A stretch of DNA of 41,340 nucleotides from Phycisphaerales bacterium (GTDB taxonomy: Bacteria > Planctomycetota > Phycisphaerae > Phycisphaerales > UBA1924). Positions 7,296 to 15,427 of this stretch are shown here, piece by piece. The DNA lies in the NCBI GenBank assembly GCA_038323185.1, contig JBBQGR010000001.1:1-41340 (forward strand), read 5' to 3'. Under the pieces are notes generated by a model, which did not search any database, was not told the DNA's origin, and was given only the letters and a program-made list of their open reading frames with translations. Numbering within the stretch: position 1 is the first letter of the stretch; the number at the start of each line of letters is the position of its first letter. The translations under genes were made by a program, and so were the position numbers.

Positions 7296-8567
7296 ATGCT
7301 CATCCTCCACGTCGACATGGACGCCTTCTACGCCTCCGTCGAGCAACGCGACGCGCCCGCGCTCCGCGGCAAGCCCGTGCTCGTTGGCGGCGGCAAGGGC
7401 GGCGAGGGGAAGCGCGGCGTCGTGACCGCCGCGAGCTACGAGGCGCGTGTCTTCGGATGCCGCAGCGCGATGCCGATGGCCCAGGCTCGCGCCCTCTGCC
7501 CGCTGGCCATCGTCGTCCCCGTGCGCATGGGCGTCTACGCGTCAGATTCGAGACGCATCCACGCGATCTTCGATCGATTCACGCCCGACGTTCAGCCAAT
7601 CTCAATCGATGAGGCCTTCCTCGACCTCACGCGCGTCGGGAAGTTCGCAAGCGGCGGGCTCGAAGCCGCGAAGGTCGCGGGCGAAGAGATCCGCGCCATC
7701 GTCCGGCGCGAGGTTGGACTCACCTGCTCCGTCGGCGTGTCGTTCAACAAGTTCCTCGCCAAGCTCGCGAGCGACGCGTGCAAGCCCGACGGCATCATGG
7801 TGATCGCGTCCGAGGATGTCGAGCGCGTGCTGCCGGGCCGCGCTGTCTCTGAGATCTTCGGCGTGGGCGAGGTCGCAACCGCGCGGCTCGCAAAGATGGG
7901 CATCAAGACCATCGCGGACTTGCGCGCCGCCGACATCGTCGCGCTCCGCCGCACCTTCGGCGACTCGGCCGATGCGTGGCTGCGCCTGGCGTATGGCATT
8001 GATGAGCGAGTCGTTCATGGCCGCGCACAGGCCAAGAGCGTCGGCAAGGAGCGCACGTTCTCAGAGGACATCGGCGACGGTGCCATGCTGCGCGCCATCC
8101 TCCTCCAGCTCCTGGAGAGCGCGGCGATGAACCTGCGTGAGGATGGCCTCCGGTCCCGACGCGTCACCGTCAAGCTGCGCACGCCCGACTTCCGAACCTA
8201 CACGCGTTCCGAATCCCTCGATGCGCCCACGAACCACACCGACGCGCTCTGGCCCATCGCGATGAGGCTCCTCGACGCCTTCCTCGCGGAGCACCGCCCG
8301 CGGCTGCGCCTGCTCGGCGTGACGCTGCACGAGCTGGGGACCGAGTCGCAGCCCGGCCTCTTCGACGCGGTCGCGCCGGCAGCCAAGAGCCCCTCGCTCC
8401 CGCAGCGCCCGCAGCGCAGCGAGAAGATTGACGGCGTGAGCGACGCCATCGCGCGAAAGTTCGGTAAGGCCGCCATCACCCGCGCCCGCACCCTCGGTGC
8501 ACCCCGAAGGTCCACCGAGGGGGACGAGGACGTGCGAGCCAGCCGCGCCAAGGATGAGGAGTCATGA
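7296..8567 (+). CDS. dinB: DNA polymerase IV (Y-family translesion polymerase)
   Basis: MLILHVDMDAFYASVEQRD..., SIDEAFLDLT and KFLAKLASDACKPDG are canonical DinB motifs. Confidence 0.9.
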   Translation: MLILHVDMDAFYASVEQRDAPALRGKPVLVGGGKGGEGKRGVVTAASYEARVFGCRSAMPMAQARALCPLAIVVPVRMGVYASDSRRIHAIFDRFTPDVQPISIDEAFLDLTRVGKFASGGLEAAKVAGEEIRAIVRREVGLTCSVGVSFNKFLAKLASDACKPDGIMVIASEDVERVLPGRAVSEIFGVGEVATARLAKMGIKTIADLRAADIVALRRTFGDSADAWLRLAYGIDERVVHGRAQAKSVGKERTFSEDIGDGAMLRAILLQLLESAAMNLREDGLRSRRVTVKLRTPDFRTYTRSESLDAPTNHTDALWPIAMRLLDAFLAEHRPRLRLLGVTLHELGTESQPGLFDAVAPAAKSPSLPQRPQRSEKIDGVSDAIARKFGKAAITRARTLGAPRRSTEGDEDVRASRAKDEES

Positions 8568-9211
8568 GCAACACTGCAGATCCATCGACCGTCGAACGCG
8601 TGGCTGGCGAGAACGCACGCCTCGTGGCAGCCAGGTTCAAGTCGCGCGTGTTCGCGTTTGGATGTGTCGCCACGCCGGTTGGAGTGCTTGCGCTGGCCGC
8701 GACCGACCGTGGCCTGTGCGCCTGCGAGTTCGACGAGGATCCGGTTAATCCACCCTTCGAGGGCGACCCGCGCGATCTCCTGAGGCCCGGAGCGCTCGAC
8801 GCGATCGCCAGAACGCACGTCGCCGCCGCGGTGACCCAGCTCCGCGAGTATCTCGCTGGATCCCGCCGCGAGTTCACGCTCCAACTCGACACCGATCTCC
8901 TCAAGCCAACACCCTTCACCCGGGCCTGCTGGTTGCACCTGGACACCATCCTCTACGGAGCCACGCGCAGCTACGGCGAGGTGGCACGTGCGCTGGGCGA
9001 TGCGAAGGCCTCGCGCGCCGTCGGCGGTGCCAACTCGCGCAATCCGATCTGCATCATCCGCCCGTGCCACCGCGTGATCGGAGCAGACGGCTCGCTCACA
9101 GGCTTCGCCAGCGGCATCGAACGCAAGCGATGGCTTCTGGAGCACGAGCAGCACCACAAACCCAACGCATCGCAATCACTCTTCGCATCCGCAACATCGG
9201 AGACGCCATGA
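8564..9211 (+). CDS. ogt: methylated-DNA--protein-cysteine methyltransferase
   Basis: Active-site PCHRVIGADGSLTGFASGIERKRWLLEHE, plus YGEVARALG and SRAVGGANSRNP. The start overlaps the dinB stop as ATGA (8564-8567). Confidence 0.85.
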   Translation: MSNTADPSTVERVAGENARLVAARFKSRVFAFGCVATPVGVLALAATDRGLCACEFDEDPVNPPFEGDPRDLLRPGALDAIARTHVAAAVTQLREYLAGSRREFTLQLDTDLLKPTPFTRACWLHLDTILYGATRSYGEVARALGDAKASRAVGGANSRNPICIIRPCHRVIGADGSLTGFASGIERKRWLLEHEQHHKPNASQSLFASATSETP

Positions 9212-10668
9212 GCAACGCAAGCGGCCAATCCATGAGCCAATCCACAAGCGCATCGACCAGCACACTCGCAAGCAAGCGAGTCATCATCGTTGGCGCTGGT
9301 CTCGCCGGCTCGCTCCTGGCGTGCCTTCTCGCACGCGACGGCTGGTCGGTTCGCGTCTATGAGAAGCGTCCCGACCCGCGCGCCAAGGGCTACCTCGGTG
9401 GCCGCTCCATCAACCTCGCTCTCTCTGCGCGCGGCCTCGCGGGCCTCGCCGCCGCGGGCCTTGATCGCCTCGTGATGCAGCAGGATGCCATCGCGATGTC
9501 GCAGCGCGGGCTCCACGCGCGCAGCGGCGAGTACTCCGTTCAGCCCTACTCAAGTAATCCAACCGACGCGATCAACTCCGTCTCGCGCGGCGGGCTCAAC
9601 CTCACGCTCATCAACGCCGCCGCACAGGCACCCGGCGTCGAGATGCACTTTGATCGCCCCTGCCTCGACGTCGATCTCTCAAAGCCCGCCGCGATCTTCC
9701 AGACGCCCCACGGCACCGAACGCGTCGAAGCCGACCTCATCGTCGCTACAGATGGCGCCTTCTCCGCAGTGCGTCTCGCGATGATGAAGACCGACCGCTT
9801 CGACTACTCGCAGACCTACCTCGAGCATGGGTACAAGGAGCTCCACATCCCCGCCGCTCCCGGCGCCTCCTACGCCATCGAGAAGCACGCCCTCCACATC
9901 TGGCCTCGCGGCGGCGCGATGATGATCGCCCTCCCCAACCGCGACGGCTCCTTCACCTGCACCCTCTTCTGGCCCTTCAAGGGCGAGCACTCCTTCGAAT
10001 CGCTCGAAGGTCCGCACGAGCGCCGGGCCTCTGGCCCCATCGTCCCGACTGGTGATGACCTCGCTCGCGTCAACGCCTTCTTCCGCGCCGAGTATCCCGA
10101 CGCCGCGGCCCTCATGCCAACCCTCGCCTCGGACTTCTTCACGAATCCCACAAGCTCGCTCGTGACGGTGCGCTGCTGGCCCTGGCAGCGTCATGGCCGC
10201 GTCTGCCTCCTCGGCGACGCCGCGCACGCGATCGTCCCCTTCTACGGCCAGGGTATGAACGCCGCCTTCGAGGATTGCGTCCAGCTCGCGCGCGACCTGC
10301 GCGAGGAGCGCAACCAGCACGCCGCCCTCGAGCGCTACGAGATTGCCCGCAAGCCCAGCGCCGATGCCATCGCCGACATGGCCCTCGAGAACTTCGTCGA
10401 GATGCGTGATCTTGCGGGCCGCGCCGACTTCCAATACCGCAAACGCATCGAGCGCACGCTCCACGCAGCCCTCGGCGACATCGCGCTCCCGCAGTACAAC
10501 CTCGTCAGCTTCTCAACCGTGCCATACGAACGCGCGCAAGCACAAGGCAAGCGCCTCGCACGCGTCTACGAAGAGGTCGCCCTTCGCGTGCCCCCCGAGC
10601 GCACCGAAGCACTCAGCGACGCGGCCTGGAATGCCGAAGTCACCGGCATCGCTCGTCCACTTCTGTAA
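9208..10668 (+). CDS. kmo: kynurenine 3-monooxygenase (FAD-dependent)
   Basis: FAD fold VIIVGAGLAGSLLACLLARDGWSVRVYEKRPDPR, then GRSINLALSARGLAGL and LLGDAAHAIVPFYGQGMNAAFEDC. ATG 9208 overlaps the ogt stop as ATGA; the track start at 9064 lies inside ogt. Confidence 0.85.
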   Translation: MSNASGQSMSQSTSASTSTLASKRVIIVGAGLAGSLLACLLARDGWSVRVYEKRPDPRAKGYLGGRSINLALSARGLAGLAAAGLDRLVMQQDAIAMSQRGLHARSGEYSVQPYSSNPTDAINSVSRGGLNLTLINAAAQAPGVEMHFDRPCLDVDLSKPAAIFQTPHGTERVEADLIVATDGAFSAVRLAMMKTDRFDYSQTYLEHGYKELHIPAAPGASYAIEKHALHIWPRGGAMMIALPNRDGSFTCTLFWPFKGEHSFESLEGPHERRASGPIVPTGDDLARVNAFFRAEYPDAAALMPTLASDFFTNPTSSLVTVRCWPWQRHGRVCLLGDAAHAIVPFYGQGMNAAFEDCVQLARDLREERNQHAALERYEIARKPSADAIADMALENFVEMRDLAGRADFQYRKRIERTLHAALGDIALPQYNLVSFSTVPYERAQAQGKRLARVYEEVALRVPPERTEALSDAAWNAEVTGIARPLL

Positions 10669-10775
10669 CGCGCACCCGTACTCTGCGAAAGAGCCAGTGA
10701 ACCACGTCCCAGCGGCAGCGAAGTCTCGCACCTGCGCTACTTGGCGTCGCGCCTCAGCATGACGGACACTCTGCC

Positions 10776-11546
10776 ATGGCCAATCCCACATCCACGCCGC
10801 CCGACGCCGTCGCCGAGCGTCCCGCCGCGAAGCCCGGCGATCCTGTCTGCGGCCGCTGTGGCTATCTCCTTGTCGGGCTTGGCAACATCGGCCAATGCCC
10901 CGAGTGTGGCGGCAACCTCATCGATGTGCTCGTGCGCTCCAAGGGTGAACTCCGCGAAGGCCGCCGCTATCGCTCCAAGGCCACGCTGCTGGGCTGGCCC
11001 CTCGTTGACGTTGCCTTCGGCCCCCACAAGGACGAGCGGATGGGTGTCGCCCGGGGCTGGATCGCGGCGGGCGATGTCGCCTTCGGCGGCGTGGCCATCG
11101 GCGGCGCGTGGAGCGTCGGAATCGTGTCGGTCGGCGGCGCGGGCAGCCTCGGCCTCATCAGCGCCTTCGGCGGCGGCACGGCCTTTGGTGGCATGACGTC
11201 ACTCGCTGGCGGCATGGCACTCGGAACCGGCCTCACAGTCGGCGGCGGCGCTGCCGCGGGCGGCATCGCCGTCGCCGGTGGTGCCGGCGCAGGATTCATC
11301 TCAAGCGCCACCGTCAGTGCCGGTTACTACGCACGCGGTATCGTCGTCACAGGCGAGTTTCTCATCGCGCCGCGCCGCACCGACCCTGAAGCACGCGACG
11401 TCTTCACCACGCTTAATCCCTTCATCGGCAGCCGCGGCCTGCCCCTGCGCGCCGGTGCCACTGTCCTCTCCGTTGGGCTCGGTGCCGCGATCTTGATTGC
11501 GCTTCTTGCCTTGGTCCTCAGCCGCAAGCCGCGCGCCGCCGCCTGA
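10776..11546 (+). CDS. zinc-ribbon (Cx2C-x12-CPEC) protein with a glycine-zipper-like membrane region
   Basis: CGRCGYLLVGLGNIGQCPECGG at 10848-10907. It is followed by a long Gly/Ala-rich hydrophobic stretch (GVAIGGAWSVGIVSVGGAGSLGLISAFGGG...) and a C-terminal TM helix (LGAAILIALLALVL). Confidence 0.6.
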   Translation: MANPTSTPPDAVAERPAAKPGDPVCGRCGYLLVGLGNIGQCPECGGNLIDVLVRSKGELREGRRYRSKATLLGWPLVDVAFGPHKDERMGVARGWIAAGDVAFGGVAIGGAWSVGIVSVGGAGSLGLISAFGGGTAFGGMTSLAGGMALGTGLTVGGGAAAGGIAVAGGAGAGFISSATVSAGYYARGIVVTGEFLIAPRRTDPEARDVFTTLNPFIGSRGLPLRAGATVLSVGLGAAILIALLALVLSRKPRAAA

Positions 11547-11621
11547 TCGTGGTATCTTGAGCCCCACCGCGCGAAGGCCCCGTCAGGGCCGCACCCGCGC
11601 GGGTCGGCGCGGCCCAGAATC

Positions 11622-12260
11622 ATGCCAAACCTCTACGATATCTCGCCCGTAATCTCGCCGCGCCTCATGGTCTGGCCCGGCGACACTCCCCCAACGCGCG
11701 AGGTGCTCTGCGAGCTCGATAAGGGCGACAGCGTCACGCTCTCAACACTCCGCACCACCGTCCATCTGGGTGCGCACGCCGACGGCCCCAACCACTACGG
11801 CCCCGGCGCGAGATCCATCGAGCAGCAAAGCCTGACGCACTACCTCGGCGCCTGCCGCGTCGTGGACGCGAAGGTCGAGCGCGGCACGCGCATCGAGCCT
11901 CGTCACATCGTCGGCGGCGTCGGCGCCATCCGCGAGAAGCGCGTCCTCATCCGCAGCGGCACCTTTCCAGACTTCTCAAAGTGGAACAGCGACTTCGCGG
12001 GCCTCTCCGTCGCACTTGTTGACGCTCTTGCATCGCGCGGCGTCATCACCATCGGCGTCGACACGCCCAGCGTCGATCTGCAAGACTCCAAGGACCTCCC
12101 CGCCCACAAGGCCATCCTCAGGCACGACATCGCCATCATCGAGGGCCTCAGGCTCGAAGGCGTCCCCGCCGGAACCTACGAACTCATCGCGCTCCCGCTC
12201 CCGCTCGAGGGATTCGATGGAAGCCCGGTGAGGGCAGTGCTCCGAAGAGGGAGGCACTAG
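11622..12260 (+). CDS. kynB: kynurenine formamidase (cyclase-family arylformamidase)
   Basis: YDISPVISPRLMVWPGD and the metal-site motif HLGAHADGPNHY (HxGxHxDxPxH), plus ITIGVDTPSVD. Size is 212 aa. Confidence 0.8.
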   Translation: MPNLYDISPVISPRLMVWPGDTPPTREVLCELDKGDSVTLSTLRTTVHLGAHADGPNHYGPGARSIEQQSLTHYLGACRVVDAKVERGTRIEPRHIVGGVGAIREKRVLIRSGTFPDFSKWNSDFAGLSVALVDALASRGVITIGVDTPSVDLQDSKDLPAHKAILRHDIAIIEGLRLEGVPAGTYELIALPLPLEGFDGSPVRAVLRRGRH

Positions 12261-12299
12261 CGCAGCCTGCCAAGTACCAGCGACTTCGCAGCGATCTCT

Positions 12300-12315
12300 G
12301 TGGCGGATCCGCCAC
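12300..12315. terminator. perfect 16-nt palindrome GTGGCG-GATC-CGCCAC between convergent kynB and rlmN
   Basis: Read directly from the sequence. It abuts the rlmN stop codon (12316-12318). There is no flanking T-run, so a terminator role is tentative. Confidence 0.3.
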
Positions 12316-13632
12316 TCACCGCGGCATGTTGGAGAGAGTGTGGTCGGATCGCGCCATGTCACTTCCGCCGATAGTTGGTTGCACGAGCCTGCGCTGGCGG
12401 ATGTGCTCGGTGCCGAGCTGGCCGCAGGCGCCCATCATGTCGCGGCCCTTGGTGCGGCGGCGCTTGGCGAAGACGCCCAGGTCCATGAGCCAGCGCAGGA
12501 ACTGAGCGACATGTTCTTCAGAGGGCGCGGGCCATGGCGACTCTCGGCGCGGGTTGTACGGAATGAGGTTGAGGATGGCCATGACGCGTGCACCGTTGAT
12601 GCGGCCGTTGCTCAGGAGGCCAAAGGGCGTCATGAACTCGGCAATCTGGCGGGCGTGGTCGATGGTGTCGTTGACGCCGGGGATCAGGACGTACTCGATG
12701 CAGACCTTGTTGCCGCTGGTCTGGGGCCACGCGAGAAGGGCCTTCTGAATGTCGGCGAGGTTCCAGCGCCGGTTGATGGGCATGATCTTGGAGCGATCGG
12801 TGTCGTTGGGCGCGTTCAGCGAAAGGGCCAGCCCCAGACGATGCCAGCCTGGCGTGCGAACGTGGCGAGAGAGCTTCTCGATGCCATCGACGCGGCCGAC
12901 GGTTGAGATGCAGATCTGGCTGATGGCCACGTGCGGTCCGTTGTGGTCTTTGAGGACCGCGATGGCCCTGATGACCTCGTCGAGATTGTCCATGGGTTCG
13001 CCCATGCCCATGAAGACGATGTTCTTGGGGCGGATGCCGATGCGGTGGGCCGCGTTCCACCACTGCGAAACAATCTCCGCAGCGGTCAGGGAGCGGATGA
13101 GGCCCATCTGCCCGGTCTCACAGAAGGTGCAACCCATGGCGCAGCCAACCTGGCTGGAGACGCAGAGGGTGTAGGTGGGCTGGCCGGAGCCGCCGATCAT
13201 GGGGATCAGCACGCTCTCGATATCAAGAGTCTCGAAGCGGTGGGAGACGTCGCGCCCGGAGCCAGAGCCAGAGCCAGAGCCGGGGGCGTCCGGGTCGCCA
13301 GAGGCTGGCGCGGCCGGGTCATGGCCGAAGGCAAAGGTTGGCTCGGTGTGGACGTGGTTGGCCGGGCGGGTTTCAAGGCGGGAGAGGAACTTGACGACCT
13401 CCCCCTCGGGCGACTGCTCGCGCAGCGTTTGGACGATGGGAGGAACGGCCGCGGCCGCGCCGGGAATGTCGAGATTGCCCTCGCGAAAGAGTGCTCGATA
13501 TGCGGCGAGGGCGCCTGAACGGCCTCCCTTGCCATCGTGGCGGATGGCGCCAGCGCGTTGGGCGACGAAGTCTTCGCTGGTGAGGGCCAGGGGGCTGCTA
13601 ACGAGGGATTGTGCTGGGGCGGTAGCGTCCAC
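12316..13632 (-). CDS. rlmN: 23S rRNA/tRNA (adenine-C2)-methyltransferase, radical SAM (RlmN), with a low-complexity insertion
   Basis: [34 protein letters not shown] (the Cx3Cx2C cluster), [12 protein letters not shown], and a C-terminal MGACGQL. Confidence 0.9.
   Translation of the reverse strand: MDATAPAQSLVSSPLALTSEDFVAQRAGAIRHDGKGGRSGALAAYRALFREGNLDIPGAAAAVPPIVQTLREQSPEGEVVKFLSRLETRPANHVHTEPTFAFGHDPAAPASGDPDAPGSGSGSGSGRDVSHRFETLDIESVLIPMIGGSGQPTYTLCVSSQVGCAMGCTFCETGQMGLIRSLTAAEIVSQWWNAAHRIGIRPKNIVFMGMGEPMDNLDEVIRAIAVLKDHNGPHVAISQICISTVGRVDGIEKLSRHVRTPGWHRLGLALSLNAPNDTDRSKIMPINRRWNLADIQKALLAWPQTSGNKVCIEYVLIPGVNDTIDHARQIAEFMTPFGLLSNGRINGARVMAILNLIPYNPRRESPWPAPSEEHVAQFLRWLMDLGVFAKRRRTKGRDMMGACGQLGTEHIRQRRLVQPTIGGSDMARSDHTLSNMPR
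13259..13281. repeat. hexanucleotide microsatellite (GAGCCA)x3+GAGCC inside rlmN, encoding GSGSGSGSG
   Basis: Read directly. In frame on the minus strand, within the insertion ...[19 protein letters not shown]. Confidence 0.85.
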
Positions 13633-13850
13633 GAGTGATCGTAAGGGGCCACAAACGCCGAAGTTGGAGGATTGTAAACTCCGACGTTGGACGGAAAAGC
13701 CGCTTGTGCGGCGTCTTGGAAGTTGGTAGTCTCTCGACAGATCCCGACTCCGGGAAGAATGCGACCACTGCCTGGCAGGCTTGTCGCGGGCAGGCGGCCG
13801 GTCAGAAAGAATCGAGCTGCGTGTGTCGCTCGCAAAGATGGAGGCCTTCT

Positions 13851-14765
13851 ATGGCGGCTTGGACACGTCCTGTGGCTCGCGGCTTTACGCTGATTGAGCT
13901 CTTAGTGGTGATCGCCATCATCGCGGTACTGATTGGTCTGCTGCTTCCGGCGTTGGGGAAGGCGCGTGAGGCCGGGCGGACGGTCAAGTGCCTGTCAAAT
14001 GTTAAGCAGTTCGGGCTGGCCTCGATCTCCTACGCGCAGGACTTCAAGGACCAGATCTGGCCTGTGGCGAAGCGCAATCCGACGACGGGTGCGCGGTTCT
14101 GGGATCCAGAGACGAGCCCGCCGCCGCCGCCAGCGCCTCCGGCGACCAACGTTGCGTTGTGGGCCCAGCGCGTGGTGAACGGATCTCGCGTGCCCGGTTT
14201 CATGTACGACTATGTGTCGGACGCGCACTACGTAGGCGAGTGCCCGACGAACAAGCGCCGGTCGACGTCGGGTGTTGAGTACGCGAACATGTGGTCGTCG
14301 CGTACAGGCGTGGACTTCGACTACACGATGTTCGATGAGACCGAAGGTGCCAAGCTCGGCCTCTGGATCCAGGTCGGGTACGCCCCGCCGACGATGGCCC
14401 ACAGCTGGGTCGCGAGCTTCTCGGCGGTGCGCGCGATGACGATGTTCCCGTCGCTGCCGATCTTCGTCGAGGAGTCGAGCGAGTTCTGGAACGGCACGTA
14501 CCGCGACGGGATGTTCGGCAACGAGGACCAGGTCGCGCAGCGTCACGGCAACGGCGGGCACATGAGCCTGCTCGACGGGAGCTCGATCCTCTTCAAGCCG
14601 CCGACGGACAACCGCCCGGCGACTCAGGATCGAAACAGCGATTTTGAGGCCAACGACATCTACGGCAACGTGAAGGGGAACGCGAACACCTGGTTCAACA
14701 TGTCCGATGCGGACTGGCGCTGGGGGCGGCAGCAGCCCTACGGATGGATCAATTCGCCGCGGTGA
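13851..14765 (+). CDS. DUF1559-type protein with a prepilin N-terminal cleavage/methylation domain (pseudopilin-like)
   Basis: [48 protein letters not shown], plus a C-terminal [14 protein letters not shown] (H-X9-DG-like). I chose ATG 13851 because GGAGG lies 7 nt upstream; the track start at 13635 is probably an over-extension. Confidence 0.8.
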   Translation: MAAWTRPVARGFTLIELLVVIAIIAVLIGLLLPALGKAREAGRTVKCLSNVKQFGLASISYAQDFKDQIWPVAKRNPTTGARFWDPETSPPPPPAPPATNVALWAQRVVNGSRVPGFMYDYVSDAHYVGECPTNKRRSTSGVEYANMWSSRTGVDFDYTMFDETEGAKLGLWIQVGYAPPTMAHSWVASFSAVRAMTMFPSLPIFVEESSEFWNGTYRDGMFGNEDQVAQRHGNGGHMSLLDGSSILFKPPTDNRPATQDRNSDFEANDIYGNVKGNANTWFNMSDADWRWGRQQPYGWINSPR

Positions 14766-14768
14766 TGG

Positions 14769-14793
14769 GACATGATCATGCCATGATCACGTC
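14769..14793. terminator. 25-nt near-palindrome GACATGATCATG-C-CATGATCACGTC between convergent genes
   Basis: 12-nt arms with one mismatch, 3 nt after the DUF1559 stop. No T-run, so the function is uncertain. Confidence 0.25.
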
Positions 14794-14843
14794 CGCTTGT
14801 TTCCGATCCCGATCCCCTTCTGGCCGCCCTTATCCTTATCAAC

Positions 14844-15200
14844 TTAGCCGCGCTTCGAACCGCCCGAACCACCGCGCTCGGATCCGCCAGAGGCCTTGAG
14901 CTTCTGTGACTCAGCGACTTTCTTTTCGCAGGCGGCGAGCAGTTGCGCCGCCGACTTGGCGCCGCTTGGGTTGGCGTACATGCCAGCAGCCTTTGAGACT
15001 TCGAGCAAGAGTGCGGAGATCTTTTGCACCTTGCCAACGGCGATCTTCAGCTTCTCAATGTCCGCAGCATGAGTGGTGTACTCGGCGACCACCTCGGCTT
15101 TGGGGAGGTGGTACTTCTTGGTCATCTCGCCGATGATCGCGTCTTGCTTCTGGACGCTGGTCTTGAGGGCGGATGCGGCCGAGCGGATGGCGGCTTCCAT
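14844..15200 (-). CDS. hypothetical small helical protein with a Gly/Arg-rich tail
   Basis: 118 aa from ATG 15200, with AAGGAG 7 nt upstream. The sequence (MEAAIRSAASALKTSVQKQDAIIGEM...KASGGSERGGSGGSKRG) has a coding-like composition. No family recognised. Confidence 0.5.
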   Translation of the reverse strand: MEAAIRSAASALKTSVQKQDAIIGEMTKKYHLPKAEVVAEYTTHAADIEKLKIAVGKVQKISALLLEVSKAAGMYANPSGAKSAAQLLAACEKKVAESQKLKASGGSERGGSGGSKRG

Positions 15201-15427
15201 GGAAGAGCTCCTTGAGGGATTATGACCTCCCCGAGAATCTACCAGATTGGACTGTCGCGTGGCAGGGGTTGGACGAAGAAACTTTGAATTTTCGCGATGT
15301 TCGTCGGGCGCGTTCCTTGCCGGTTTGCACGAATCGCAGGCGTACGCGTGTACGGGAGCATGGACAAAATGCCACACGGCGCAGCGAAGGTGTGCCTACG
15401 GGGCCCGAGTTCCGGCGGCGATCGGCG

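Noticed and set aside
9064-9207. Upstream extension of the kmo ORF
   Set aside because: It lies inside ogt in another frame. The FAD-binding fold starts shortly after ATG 9208, which also forms an ATGA overlap with the ogt stop.
13635-13850. Upstream extension of the DUF1559 ORF
   Set aside because: Prepilin-type leaders are short. ATG 13851 has a GGAGG RBS and places the FTLIELL motif at residues 12-18.
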